A stretch of 64,000 nucleotides of DNA from Chloroflexota bacterium (GTDB lineage Bacteria; Chloroflexota; Limnocylindria; P2-11E), in assembly GCA_038040265.1 (NCBI GenBank), contig JBBPIP010000010.1:9901-73900 (forward strand). The letters run 5' to 3'. The notes below the pieces were generated by a model. That model had not been told where the DNA came from, made no database searches, and saw only the letters and a list, made by a program, of their open reading frames with translations. The translations under genes were made by a program, and so were the position numbers. Positions 35,499 to 45,217 of this stretch are shown here, one piece after another (positions within the stretch are counted from its first letter, which is position 1; the number at the start of each line of letters is the position of its first letter).

Positions 35499-36859
35499 CC
35501 GAACGGTTCGACTTCGTCGTCATCGGCGCCGGCGCGTCCGGCGAAGCAGCCGCGAGCCATGCGCGCGCTCGGGGCGCGACGGTGGCTCTTGTCGAGCGCG
35601 ACCTCTTCGGCGGAACGTGCGCGTTCTGGGGATGCATGCCGTCGAAGACGCTCCTCCACGCGGCCGAGATCCGCGCCTCCGGCGGCGACTATCCATGGGA
35701 GAAGGCCTCGGCGCGACGCGACTACATGATCGTCCGCGAGGGCCGCGATTATCCCGATGACTCGGGACACATCAAGGGGTACAAGGCCGCGGGGACTGTC
35801 CCCGTACGCGGTTCGGCGAAGATCGCCGGATCCGGCAAGGTGGTCGTGCGTACGGGTGACGGCGCGCGCGAGCTCGAGGCGCGCGACATCGTGATCGCGG
35901 TCGGGTCCGTGGCGAAGGTGCCGAAGATCGAGGGTCTCGCGGAGGCCGGCTTCTGGACGAACAAAGAGGGAACCAGCCTGCGCGAGCTTCCGAAGAGCAT
36001 CGCGATCCTCGGCGCCGGCCCGTCCGGCACCGAGCTCGCGCAGGTCTACGCGCGGTTCGGCGTGCGCACGACCCTCGTCAGCCCACGGCAGGTGAACCCG
36101 ACCGACCACCCACGAAGCTCGGCGCTGCTCGCAAAGGCGCTCCGCGCATCGGGTGTCGATGTGCGCGAGAACGCGCGTGCCCAGCGCGTCCGGCCGCACG
36201 CCGGAAAGGGCGGAGACCACGTCGTCGAGCTCGCCGACGGCTCGACCGTCGAGGCCGCGGTGATCGAGCTCAACGTCGGCCGCACGGCCGCGCCCGCGCT
36301 CTCCACGTTGGGTCTCGAAGCGGTCGGCATCGCCTACGACGGTGGCGACATCCTGGAGGTCGACGACAGGCTTCGCGCCGCCGATCACGTCTACGCGATC
36401 GGCGACTGCATCGGTCACGAGCTCTCCACGCACCTCGGGTACTACGAGGGCGAGACCGCGGTGAAGATCGCGCTCGGCGACAACATCCGCGCCGACTTGA
36501 GCGCGACGCCACGCGCCGTGTACACGGACCCGGAAACGGCCGCGGTCGGGATGCTGCTGGAACAGGCCAAAGAGCGCGGGATCGACGCGTACGAGGAGAC
36601 CGCCAACCTCGCGACGAGCGCGAAGGGCTACGTGAGCGAATCGGAGGGGCACGTCTCGATCGTGATCGACCGCAAGAACAAGGTCCTCGTCGGCGCGTTC
36701 ATCGGCGGCCCCGCGGCATCGGAGGCGATCCACGAGGCGGTGCTCGCGATCAAGCTCAAAACGCCGATCTCGCTCCTCGCGCAGACGATCCACGCGTTCC
36801 CCACGGTGACGCGCGTCATGGGCGGGCTCTTCGCGAAGGCCGACCTGGCGCTGCGGTGA
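35495..36859 (+). CDS. Class I pyridine-nucleotide-disulfide flavoprotein oxidoreductase (dihydrolipoamide dehydrogenase / mercuric-reductase-like)
   Basis: GTG at 35495 overlaps the previous stop (GTGA). Motifs: FDFVVIGAGASGEAAA, redox-active GGTCAFWGCMPSK, and a C-terminal dimerisation domain (HAFPTVTRVMG). Confidence 0.8.
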   Translation: MTERFDFVVIGAGASGEAAASHARARGATVALVERDLFGGTCAFWGCMPSKTLLHAAEIRASGGDYPWEKASARRDYMIVREGRDYPDDSGHIKGYKAAGTVPVRGSAKIAGSGKVVVRTGDGARELEARDIVIAVGSVAKVPKIEGLAEAGFWTNKEGTSLRELPKSIAILGAGPSGTELAQVYARFGVRTTLVSPRQVNPTDHPRSSALLAKALRASGVDVRENARAQRVRPHAGKGGDHVVELADGSTVEAAVIELNVGRTAAPALSTLGLEAVGIAYDGGDILEVDDRLRAADHVYAIGDCIGHELSTHLGYYEGETAVKIALGDNIRADLSATPRAVYTDPETAAVGMLLEQAKERGIDAYEETANLATSAKGYVSESEGHVSIVIDRKNKVLVGAFIGGPAASEAIHEAVLAIKLKTPISLLAQTIHAFPTVTRVMGGLFAKADLALR

Positions 36860-37455
36860 GCGAGGAGTACGTCACGCTTCTCGACTGGCGCCGTCGCGTC
36901 GCCGACCTCTACTCGACTGTGCGCGCGAAGCTCCGCACCGACGCGCCCGCCGCTCACGCGCTCTGGCGGGTCACGCGCGACGAGCTGTTTCGCGCGCACC
37001 CGCAGTCACCGATTCCCGAAGCCGAGCGCGCGAGCTTTCGCGGGCTCCCGTACTACGACTACGACCCGCGCCACGCCAAGCGCGGGACGATCCGGCCACT
37101 TCCGGAGGAGCGGTACGACGTGGCCACGAGCGGCGACGGAGTCATCCCGTTCGTGCGGTTTGGCGCGGTCGACCTCGATGTCGGGTCGCTCGAGGTGTTC
37201 TGGCTCGATGCGTACTCGGGCGGCGTGTTCGTCCCGTTCCGCGACGCGACCGCGGGCACGACGACGTACGGCGGCGGGCGTTATCTGCTCGACACGGCGA
37301 AGAGCGCCGACCTCGGCGCCATCGGCGACGAGCTGATCCTCGACTTCAACTTCGCGTACCACCCATCGTGCCGGTACGACCCGAAGTGGGTTTGTCCGCT
37401 CGCACCACCCGGGAATAGGCTCCAGGTCGCCATCGAGGCGGGGGAGCGGATGTGA
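36856..37455 (+). CDS. DUF1684-family protein
   Basis: 199 aa. ...LDFNFAYHPSCRYDPKWVCPLAPPGNRL is the hallmark C-terminal DUF1684 motif. GTG start overlaps the upstream stop. Confidence 0.7.
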   Translation: MSEEYVTLLDWRRRVADLYSTVRAKLRTDAPAAHALWRVTRDELFRAHPQSPIPEAERASFRGLPYYDYDPRHAKRGTIRPLPEERYDVATSGDGVIPFVRFGAVDLDVGSLEVFWLDAYSGGVFVPFRDATAGTTTYGGGRYLLDTAKSADLGAIGDELILDFNFAYHPSCRYDPKWVCPLAPPGNRLQVAIEAGERM

Positions 37456-39023
37456 GCAGTCGCGAGCGGTGGACGCTCATCGCTGCGGTCCTCGGTTCGG
37501 CGATCGTCTTCGTCGACTCGTCTGTCGTCGGCGTCGCGCTTCCACGCATCGGCGAGGAGCTCCCGACGACGGTCCTCGGTGTCTTCGAGGGCCTGTCCTA
37601 CGTGTACAGCGGCTATCTCCTCACGCTGTCGGCGCTCCTCATCCTCGCGGGCGCGCTTTCCGACTTCTACGGCCGGCGCCGGATGTTCCTCATCGGGCTC
37701 GTCGGCTTCGGCCTCACGAGCGTGCTCTGCGGGCTCGCCCCAAACATGGAATTCCTCGTCGTGTCGCGCGTCCTTCAGGGTGCGGCGGGCGCGATTCTCG
37801 TGCCGGGATCGCTCGCCCTCATCACGGCGACGTTCACCGGCGAGGCGCAGGGACGCGCGTTCGGAACGTGGGCCGCGGCGTCGGCGGCCACGACGATCCT
37901 TGGCCCCTTCGTTGGTGGGGTGTTCGTTGACACGATTTCGTGGCGCGCGGCATTCCTCGTGAACGTGCCGCTCGTCGTGCTCGCGGTCTGGGCGACCGTG
38001 CGCTACGTGCCCGAGAGCCGCAACGAGAGCGCGAGCGGGCGGTTCGACTGGCTTGGCGCGGCGGTGGTTGCCATCGCCGTCGGCGGACTCAGCTTCGGAG
38101 CGATCTACGGTGGGCAGCGTGAGTGGCGCGATCCGCTCGCGTACATCGCGCTTGCGGCCGGCGCTCTTGCGACGATCGCATTCCCGTTCCTCATGGCCCG
38201 CAACCGCGACCCGCTCGTTCCCCTCGAGCTCTTCCGCTCGCGCAACTTCACGGTGACGAACATCTCGACGTTCCTCATCTACGGAGCGCTGTACGTCTTC
38301 TTCTACTACTTCGGTGTGTTCGTCCAGGGAACGCTCGGCTACTCCGCTTCGGCCGCGGGCCTCGCGGGCATTCCCGGCGGCGTTCTGCTGGCGGCGCTCT
38401 CCACGCGTTTCGGTGCCCTTGCCGCGCGCCGGGGTCCGCGGTTCTTCATGAGCGTCGGTCCGGCGCTGATGGCGCTCGGCATGTTGTGGTTCGTGCGCAC
38501 GCCCGCAACGAGCCGGGCCTGGGCCTTCAATCCCGGCGATGTTTCGACATGGGTGCCACCGAACGACTACCTCATCGACTTCTTGCCGGGGCAGGTCGTC
38601 TTCGGACTCGGGCTCGCGATGATGGTCGCTCCTCTCACGACGGCGCTGATGACGAGCGTGCCGGTCCGCAACTCCGGCGTCGCGTCGGCGATCAACAATG
38701 CGATCTCGCGCGTTGGCCCCCAGCTCGCGGGAGCCGTGATCTTCGTCGTCATCACCGCAAGCTTCTACAACGGCATGGCTGCGCGTCTACCGGGAACGGA
38801 CCCGTCCGATCCCCAGCTTCGGAAGGACTATCCGCCGCTCCTCGTACCAAAGACGAACGACCCGAAGGCGATCGCGTCGCGCGGCCAATCGACAGAAGCG
38901 TTTCATCTCGCGGCCCTGATCTCCGCGGGACTGTGCGCCGCGGGCGCGCTGGTGAACTTCATCGGTATCAATGACGCGGTCGCGCTCAAGGCGGGGAAGC
39001 CCCGGGAGGCGGCGGCAAGCTAA
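37452..39023 (+). CDS. MFS transporter, DHA2 (EmrB/QacA) 14-TM family
   Basis: 523 aa. MFS motif A: GALSDFYGRRRMFLIGL. 14 predicted helices. GTG start overlaps the upstream stop. Confidence 0.85.
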   Translation: MSSRERWTLIAAVLGSAIVFVDSSVVGVALPRIGEELPTTVLGVFEGLSYVYSGYLLTLSALLILAGALSDFYGRRRMFLIGLVGFGLTSVLCGLAPNMEFLVVSRVLQGAAGAILVPGSLALITATFTGEAQGRAFGTWAAASAATTILGPFVGGVFVDTISWRAAFLVNVPLVVLAVWATVRYVPESRNESASGRFDWLGAAVVAIAVGGLSFGAIYGGQREWRDPLAYIALAAGALATIAFPFLMARNRDPLVPLELFRSRNFTVTNISTFLIYGALYVFFYYFGVFVQGTLGYSASAAGLAGIPGGVLLAALSTRFGALAARRGPRFFMSVGPALMALGMLWFVRTPATSRAWAFNPGDVSTWVPPNDYLIDFLPGQVVFGLGLAMMVAPLTTALMTSVPVRNSGVASAINNAISRVGPQLAGAVIFVVITASFYNGMAARLPGTDPSDPQLRKDYPPLLVPKTNDPKAIASRGQSTEAFHLAALISAGLCAAGALVNFIGINDAVALKAGKPREAAAS

Positions 39024-39032
39024 TTTCACGCG

Positions 39033-40115
39033 GTGAGTTTTGTCCGGGTCGCCGCGCTGATCGGGATTCTCGCGATTAGCTGCGCGCCGACCGCTTCGGC
39101 TCCGACCCCCGCCGCGTCGACCGCGACATCTCCGAGCGGCTCGCCCACCGCGTCTCCCGCACCGAAGCGGATCCAATCTGCAGAGACTCCATTCCCCGCG
39201 GCGCCGGGCGCCTTTGTCATATTTCAGCTCCCAAGCGAGACGCGACTCCGTGGGATCTCGTTCGGTGGCGAGGTGAACGGTCGGCTCGATGGTGGCGGGG
39301 CCGGCCAGACCTCAGAAAGCGCGGGCTGGTCGCAATCGCTACAGGGCACGCCCTATCTCGTCGGCACGACGGTGTACGACCGCGACGGCAAATCGCTGGG
39401 GACCATTCCGTGGGCCGCGAAGGAATCGAAGACATGGTCGAGCGACGGACGGTTCCTCTGCGCGGCGGTTCCGGGGACTGCCACGGCAGGAGCGCAGATG
39501 CGCCTGGAGATGGCTCTGATCGGCCAAACCGCGAAGGTGGTCGCGACCGGCTACACGACGTACAGCGACAACGCGGTGTACCGGGTGCTCGCGTGCGACC
39601 AGGGCACGGACCGCGCGATTGTTGCGTCGTTCGGACAGGGGACCACCGCCTCGAAGCTGTGGGTGTTCCGTCTCTCGAGCGGCGCCGTGGTTCGGTCGGT
39701 GGACTACGCCGGCGTGGGCGGATGGGTCGCAGCCAGCGCGGATGGGTCGATGCTTGCCGAGTCCGTCCCGCCGGTCGGTGCCGCGACTAATTGGAAGACG
39801 ACGATCCGTTCCGCGGACGACGGCGCGCAGCTCGCGACGATCGATGACCTCGTGGCTCGCGGCTTCTCGGGCGACAAATCGCTCGTTGTCGGCAACACAC
39901 CGGGTGCCGCAGCGGTCGTCGATTGGAAGACCGGGCGCAAGGTCTGGACCGCGAGCGGACCGTACGGGGGCTTTCTCGCCGAGCCCGCGGGGCGGCGCTT
40001 CGCGGTCGGCGTTGGGTTCGTCGGGGGTTCAGACCAGCGCGACGTGTATCTCGTTGCGGCGGACGGGTCCGCTCCTCTTCTGCCCGAGCGCGTGCGGGTC
40101 TCGCTCCGTTATTAG
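39033..40115 (+). CDS. Hypothetical secreted lipoprotein (beta-propeller-like)
   Basis: Signal peptide plus lipobox (LAISCAP) and a Pro/Thr/Ser-rich linker, followed by a beta-rich domain. Confidence 0.55.
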   Translation: MSFVRVAALIGILAISCAPTASAPTPAASTATSPSGSPTASPAPKRIQSAETPFPAAPGAFVIFQLPSETRLRGISFGGEVNGRLDGGGAGQTSESAGWSQSLQGTPYLVGTTVYDRDGKSLGTIPWAAKESKTWSSDGRFLCAAVPGTATAGAQMRLEMALIGQTAKVVATGYTTYSDNAVYRVLACDQGTDRAIVASFGQGTTASKLWVFRLSSGAVVRSVDYAGVGGWVAASADGSMLAESVPPVGAATNWKTTIRSADDGAQLATIDDLVARGFSGDKSLVVGNTPGAAAVVDWKTGRKVWTASGPYGGFLAEPAGRRFAVGVGFVGGSDQRDVYLVAADGSAPLLPERVRVSLRY

Positions 40116-40210
40116 AAGGAAGGCTCCCCGCGCGGCTTGCGTACTTGACGCCATTGGTAAGTGCGGACTAACGTAAGGAAGTTGGCGCCACGGCGCAAAG
40201 GGAGGTCCCG

Positions 40211-40561
40211 GTGGGCGATCCGGTCACGAATTTCGAGGTCAATAGCTCCGATCCCGCAAAGACACGGCGGTTCTACAGCACGGTCCTCGGCTGGAAGATG
40301 CAGGAGGCCCCGAACAACTACACGTTCGTCGACACCGATGCCGGCGGCAAAGGAATCGGTGGGGGCATCGGTCCGCTTCGCGGGCCGAAGCCGTTCGTCA
40401 CGTTCTATGTCGTCGTGCGCGACCTCAACGCGACATTGAAGAAGGCCACCGATAACGGTGGAAAGGTCGTGTTCCCCGTGACGAAGGTCGGACCGACGAC
40501 GACGATCGCGCTGTTCAGCGATCCCGACGGCAACGTCATCGGTCTCACCGACGGCAACTAG
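40211..40561 (+). CDS. VOC-family (glyoxalase/bleomycin-resistance fold) protein
   Basis: 116 aa. FEVNSSDPAKTRRFYSTVLGW...GNVIGL is a typical glyoxalase fold. GTG start preceded by AAGGGAGG. Confidence 0.7.
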   Translation: MGDPVTNFEVNSSDPAKTRRFYSTVLGWKMQEAPNNYTFVDTDAGGKGIGGGIGPLRGPKPFVTFYVVVRDLNATLKKATDNGGKVVFPVTKVGPTTTIALFSDPDGNVIGLTDGN

Positions 40562-40567
40562 CGCCTC

Positions 40568-42058
40568 CTAGGCGAGGAGGCCCTCGAGCGCGGCGACGAC
40601 CGCGCGCTCGTGATCGCGCGTGCGGAAGTCGTGAAGTGGATGCGGCGGCAGATCGTGCTCGGCACTGACGCCGCCGCGTCGCGTGTACAGGACCGGGTAG
40701 ATGTCTCCGTCGGTGTTCTCTTCAAGGGTCGCGGCGACCGCGTCGGCCGGGCCCGAGTCCAGAAAGCTCTGGAGCGGGAGAATCCCGTCGTCGACGATCC
40801 CACGCTTTTCGTCGCGGACGAGCACGCGCGCGAGGTAGGACTTCTGGTGCCAGAGCTCGGGCGCGTTGGTCACCTCGTGCAAGAGATAGGACACGAGCTC
40901 GGCGCGAGGCACGACCGGCCGTTCCGGATCTATGCCGAAGTGCTTCTTCGCTACCTGGCGCGCGAGGACCCGTCCGTTGTAGCGGTGTCCGTTCACGCCG
41001 CCGGAGTTGCTCGGCATGCCGTGCTTGCGGAGGCCGGGCGATGCCTGATGGATCGTTCCGCCGAAGTACACACCGGGTAGCGACGCGCTCTCCCAGAACG
41101 GAGTCTGCGCGGGCAGCTTGTTGCGTCCCACCGTCGCGACTCCGAGCTTCGGCAGGTCGTTGATCGGGCTCGTGAACCCGGTGGCGGCGATGACATCGTC
41201 GACTTCGAAGACGAGCTCGGCGGCGGTCTCGGCCCTGCGCGTGTGCACGAGGAAGGTCTTGCCCGTTCGCTCGATGCGCTCGATCGACGCGTCGAGCACG
41301 AGCACGCCACCAGCGAGGACGTGATCCTCGTACGGCTGAACGTATCGCGCGCGGACGCCGACGAGGGAGCGCGTGGTGATCGAGAGCTTCGTCGGCGAGG
41401 GTGAGGCGAGGACGATCTGCTTCGCCCACTGGAGGAATCCGGTCGCGAGCTCGAAGCCGGAGTTCTCCTTGCCGACGATGAAGACCCGCCGTCCCGCGTA
41501 GGTCTCCGCCGGTCGGGTCTGCGCGTAGTGCGCCGCGTCCTCGATACCCGGGATTTGCGGTCGCCATGGCTCAGCCACACCAACGGCGAAGATCGGCACC
41601 TGGCAGCGGTACTCGCCGTCGCTCGTCTCGAGCACCCACCGCTCGCCGTCGCGGCGGGTCCCTGTCCACCGGCATCCGTATCGAACCGCGACGTGGGTGC
41701 GGTCCGCGAACGCGACGAGGTTGCGCTCCATCTCCGGACGAGACGGGTAGTAGGAGGTGCCGTCCATCATCGAGCACATCAGCGCGCGACACTCCTTCTC
41801 TTCGGGAAGGAGGCTGTTCCAGTCGTAGCGCTCGTACTCGCGGGTGCCCTGCGCGAACGGTGCGTACGGCTTTGTCCACGAGAGAAGCCGCTGGAAGAAG
41901 GGCCACTTTCGAAACATGCCGCCGGCGTTCTCGTCCGCAGAGATCATGGCGTGCTTCACGCCGAGGCGCGAGAGCGAGTAGCTGATCTGAAGGCCGCCAG
42001 GTCCGCTGCCGACGAGGACGACGGGATAGTCGCCGGGCGGGTGCGGTCGGTCCGTCAA
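40568..42058 (-). CDS. FAD/NAD(P)-binding oxidoreductase, flavin-monooxygenase (CzcO/FMO)-like
   Basis: Two Rossmann dinucleotide motifs: VVLVGSGPGGLQISYSL and RVFIVGKENSGFELATGF. 496 aa. 4-nt overlap with the upstream cNMP-binding gene. Confidence 0.7.
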   Translation of the reverse strand: MTDRPHPPGDYPVVLVGSGPGGLQISYSLSRLGVKHAMISADENAGGMFRKWPFFQRLLSWTKPYAPFAQGTREYERYDWNSLLPEEKECRALMCSMMDGTSYYPSRPEMERNLVAFADRTHVAVRYGCRWTGTRRDGERWVLETSDGEYRCQVPIFAVGVAEPWRPQIPGIEDAAHYAQTRPAETYAGRRVFIVGKENSGFELATGFLQWAKQIVLASPSPTKLSITTRSLVGVRARYVQPYEDHVLAGGVLVLDASIERIERTGKTFLVHTRRAETAAELVFEVDDVIAATGFTSPINDLPKLGVATVGRNKLPAQTPFWESASLPGVYFGGTIHQASPGLRKHGMPSNSGGVNGHRYNGRVLARQVAKKHFGIDPERPVVPRAELVSYLLHEVTNAPELWHQKSYLARVLVRDEKRGIVDDGILPLQSFLDSGPADAVAATLEENTDGDIYPVLYTRRGGVSAEHDLPPHPLHDFRTRDHERAVVAALEGLLA

Positions 42059-42480
42059 CCGCCCCTTCTCGTCGCATTCGCGAGCTTGCGCGCCTCCGCC
42101 ACCAGGATCCGGTAGCAGACTCGCGGGTTGCTCTGCAGGAACTCGCGAAGGAGCTCGCCGGGAAGCACGAGGCAGCGCAGCGGACGCGCCGCCATGATGT
42201 CCGCGACCGGCGCCTCGCCGAGAAGCACCGAGATCTCGCCGAAGAAGTCGCCGCGGCCCAACGTATTGACGCGTTTACCCCCGGCCATGACCGCGGCTTC
42301 GCCCTCGAGGATGATGTAGAAGGCCGACCCGGAGAGGCCCTCGCGAAGGACCCGTTCGTCCTGCGCGAAGTAGCGCTCCTCCAGCGTGTGCGCGACGCGC
42401 TCCAGCTCGGGACGCGATAGATCGGCGAAGATCGCGAGGCCCGCGAGGGTATCGCTGATGTCGTCGGGGGCTGTGCGCAT
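42055..42480 (-). CDS. Stand-alone cyclic-nucleotide-binding domain protein
   Basis: 141 aa. cNMP_binding motifs: GSAFYIILEGEAAV...LGRGDFFGEISVLLGEAPVADIMAARP. Confidence 0.8.
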   Translation of the reverse strand: MRTAPDDISDTLAGLAIFADLSRPELERVAHTLEERYFAQDERVLREGLSGSAFYIILEGEAAVMAGGKRVNTLGRGDFFGEISVLLGEAPVADIMAARPLRCLVLPGELLREFLQSNPRVCYRILVAEARKLANATRRGG

Positions 42481-42544
42481 CGCTGTGGTCTATAGGCTCG
42501 CTTCGCCCTTGGCAAACGGCGAGAAGGCGCAGAATCAAAGGAGG

Positions 42545-45217
42545 ATGAGTTCGGGGAGAGGGTTGCCGGCCGGCACCCTCACGTTCCTCTTCACCGACAT
42601 CGAGGGCTCGACCAAGCTCCAGACCGAGCTCGGCACCGACCGCTACCAGGATGTCCTCGAGACGCACACGCGCATCCTCCGCCAGGCATTCAAAGATGGC
42701 GGCTTCGAGGTCCGCGTCGAGGGTGACGCGCTGTTCGTCGTCTTTCCGGTGGCCGCGCGGGCCGTCCACGCGACCGCAGAGGCGCAGCGCGGGCTCGCGG
42801 CGGCCACGTTCCCGCACGGGGCGACCGTGAGGGTACGGATGGGGATGCACACCGGCGAGGGCCGCCCTGCGACCGCTGAGGCCGGCGCAGATTACGTCGG
42901 CATCGATGTCAACCGAGCGGCGCGCGTGGCCGCGGCGGGCCACGGTGGCCAGGTCCTACTGAGCGAGGCCACGGCGACACTCGCGCGGCCAGAGCTTGGG
43001 AACGGAGTGTCGCTTCGCGATCTCGGCGAATTCCGTTTGAAGGACCTCGCGAATCCGGAGCGCATCTACCAGCTCGTGATCAGCGGGTGCGCGATCGACT
43101 TTCCGCCAATCCGGAGCCTTGACCGTACTCCTACGTTCCTGCCGTCACAGCCGTCGACCTTCATCGGCCGCGCCCGCGAGATTGCCGAAGGGCAGCGGCT
43201 CCTCGAGCGCTCGCGGCTCGTCACGCTGACCGGACCCGGCGGCACCGGAAAGACGCGGCTCTCCCTTCGCATCGCGGAAGAGTCGGCGGAAGCGTTCGCC
43301 GACGGCACCTGGTTCGTCCCGCTCGCCCCGATCAGCGATCCGGAGCTTGTGCCCTCCACAATCGCGCACAGTCTCGGCGTGCAGGTGAGCGGCACCGAGA
43401 TGCCGCTCACGCGAGTTCTCGATTTCGTGAAGAGCAAGCGCATCCTGCTCGTGCTCGACAACTTCGAGCAGATCCTTCCCGCAGCATCGGTCGTCGGGCA
43501 GCTGCTTGGCGCGAGCCCAGCCCTCAAAGTCATCACCTCCAGCCGTGCGCCACTCCGCATCGCGGGCGAGCAGGAGTTTCCAGTCCCGCCTCTGGAGCTG
43601 CCCGATCCGCAGCGTCTTCCGGCGCTCGAGGTGCTCGCGCAATCCGACGCCGTGCGCCTATTTATCGAGCGCGCCATGGCGGTGCGTCCCGACTTCCGCG
43701 TGACGCCCGAGAACGCGGCGGCCGTTGCCGAGGTCGTGTACCGCCTCGATGGTTTGCCACTCGCGATCGAGCTCGCCGCGGCCCGCGTCAAAGTCCTGAC
43801 CCCGCAGGCGATGCTCCCGAAGCTGCGAGAGGGCCTCGACGTCCTCGCATCCACCGCGCGCGACGTTCCCGAGCGCCAGCGGACGTTGCGCGGCGCGATC
43901 GCGTGGAGCTGGGATCTCCTGAACCCCGCGGAGTGCAAGCTCTTCTCGAGGCTCGCGATCTTCGTGAGCGGCGGGATGCTCGCGCAGATCGAGGAGATCT
44001 GCGGCCCGGCGAAGGACCTCGGGGGCGATGTGCTCGATGTCCTGAGCAGCCTGGTCGAGCACAGCCTGGTCCGACAGCTGGAGATGGCGGGGCAGCCGCG
44101 ATTCCGCATGCTCGTCACGATCCGGGAGTACGCGCTCGAGCGTCTGGATGAGAGCGACGAGCGGGACGCCATCCGCGTGCGCCATGCCCGCGCGTACCTC
44201 GCGCTCGCGGAGCATGCACGCACCTATTTTCAAGGCGCCGAGCAAAAGCGCTGGCTCGATCTTCTCGAGGACGAGCACGACAACCTTCGCGCGGCTCTCG
44301 ATTCGTCGATCGCGGACGGTCGTGGCGAGGACGCATGCCGCCTCGTCTTCGTTCTCTGGCGTTTCTGGCAAGTCCGCGGTCATCTGGTCGAGGGGACGCG
44401 GTGGCTCGAACGAGTACTCGCGCTTCCGACGGCGGGAGTGCCTCCTCTCGTTTTGATGGGTGCGCGGGAGGCTGCCGGCGGCATTGCCTACTGGCGCGGT
44501 GACTTCGGTCTGGCCGCGGAGCATTACTTGAGGGCCGAGGAGCTTGCGCGCGCGCATGGCGACGAGTCCGCGCAGGCAAATGCCGAATACAATCTGTCGT
44601 TCGCGTACGGGATGCCGCTCTCGGATCTCTCCCGCGGGCTGGCCCTTCTACGGAGCGCGCGCGAGAAGTGGGCCCGCGTCGGCGATGAGGTCGGGGTCGG
44701 GCGCGCCGCGTGGGGCCTCGCGACGTTTCTGCAGCTGGGAAAGCGCGGCGAGATCGAACCATCGCGTCTCGAGGAGGCGCGTGTCGCCGCGCACGAGGCG
44801 CTCGCCATCCACCGCCGGGGCACGAACCGCTTCGAGCTGGCATGGAGCCTCCACCTGGCCGGCATGATCGACGTCAAGCGCGGAGAGTTCGGAGAAGCTG
44901 CGTCCGCGTTCCGTGAGGCCGCACAGATCTTTACCAGTGACAACGATCTCTCGGGCCTCGTCATCATCGCGAGCGACTGCGCCGAGCTTGCGGCGGCGCA
45001 AGGCCAGCTGGAGAGGCAAGCGGTGCTCGTAGGACTCGCGGACGCGCTGGCGGTGCGTGCGGGGACCGGGATCTTACGCGAGATCTCGAAGCAGGATGGC
45101 CGGGCCGAGGTGAGCGACATCGCGCCCGAATTCAAGCCGGCTCTCGAGCGTGGCCGAGCGATGGAGGCGGCCGCAGGGATCGCGTACGCCCTCGATACGT
45201 CGGCCGCCCGGGTATGA
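42545..45217 (+). CDS. Class III adenylate/guanylate cyclase fused to AAA+/NB-ARC ATPase and TPR domains (mycobacterial Rv0386/Rv1358-like architecture; no LuxR HTH seen)
   Basis: ATG at 42545 follows AAAGGAGG. CHD motifs: TLTFLFTDIEGST, GIDVNRAARV. P-loop: LTGPGGTGKTRL. TPR-like C-terminus. The track ORF starts at 42386. Confidence 0.85.
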   Translation: MSSGRGLPAGTLTFLFTDIEGSTKLQTELGTDRYQDVLETHTRILRQAFKDGGFEVRVEGDALFVVFPVAARAVHATAEAQRGLAAATFPHGATVRVRMGMHTGEGRPATAEAGADYVGIDVNRAARVAAAGHGGQVLLSEATATLARPELGNGVSLRDLGEFRLKDLANPERIYQLVISGCAIDFPPIRSLDRTPTFLPSQPSTFIGRAREIAEGQRLLERSRLVTLTGPGGTGKTRLSLRIAEESAEAFADGTWFVPLAPISDPELVPSTIAHSLGVQVSGTEMPLTRVLDFVKSKRILLVLDNFEQILPAASVVGQLLGASPALKVITSSRAPLRIAGEQEFPVPPLELPDPQRLPALEVLAQSDAVRLFIERAMAVRPDFRVTPENAAAVAEVVYRLDGLPLAIELAAARVKVLTPQAMLPKLREGLDVLASTARDVPERQRTLRGAIAWSWDLLNPAECKLFSRLAIFVSGGMLAQIEEICGPAKDLGGDVLDVLSSLVEHSLVRQLEMAGQPRFRMLVTIREYALERLDESDERDAIRVRHARAYLALAEHARTYFQGAEQKRWLDLLEDEHDNLRAALDSSIADGRGEDACRLVFVLWRFWQVRGHLVEGTRWLERVLALPTAGVPPLVLMGAREAAGGIAYWRGDFGLAAEHYLRAEELARAHGDESAQANAEYNLSFAYGMPLSDLSRGLALLRSAREKWARVGDEVGVGRAAWGLATFLQLGKRGEIEPSRLEEARVAAHEALAIHRRGTNRFELAWSLHLAGMIDVKRGEFGEAASAFREAAQIFTSDNDLSGLVIIASDCAELAAAQGQLERQAVLVGLADALAVRAGTGILREISKQDGRAEVSDIAPEFKPALERGRAMEAAAGIAYALDTSAARV

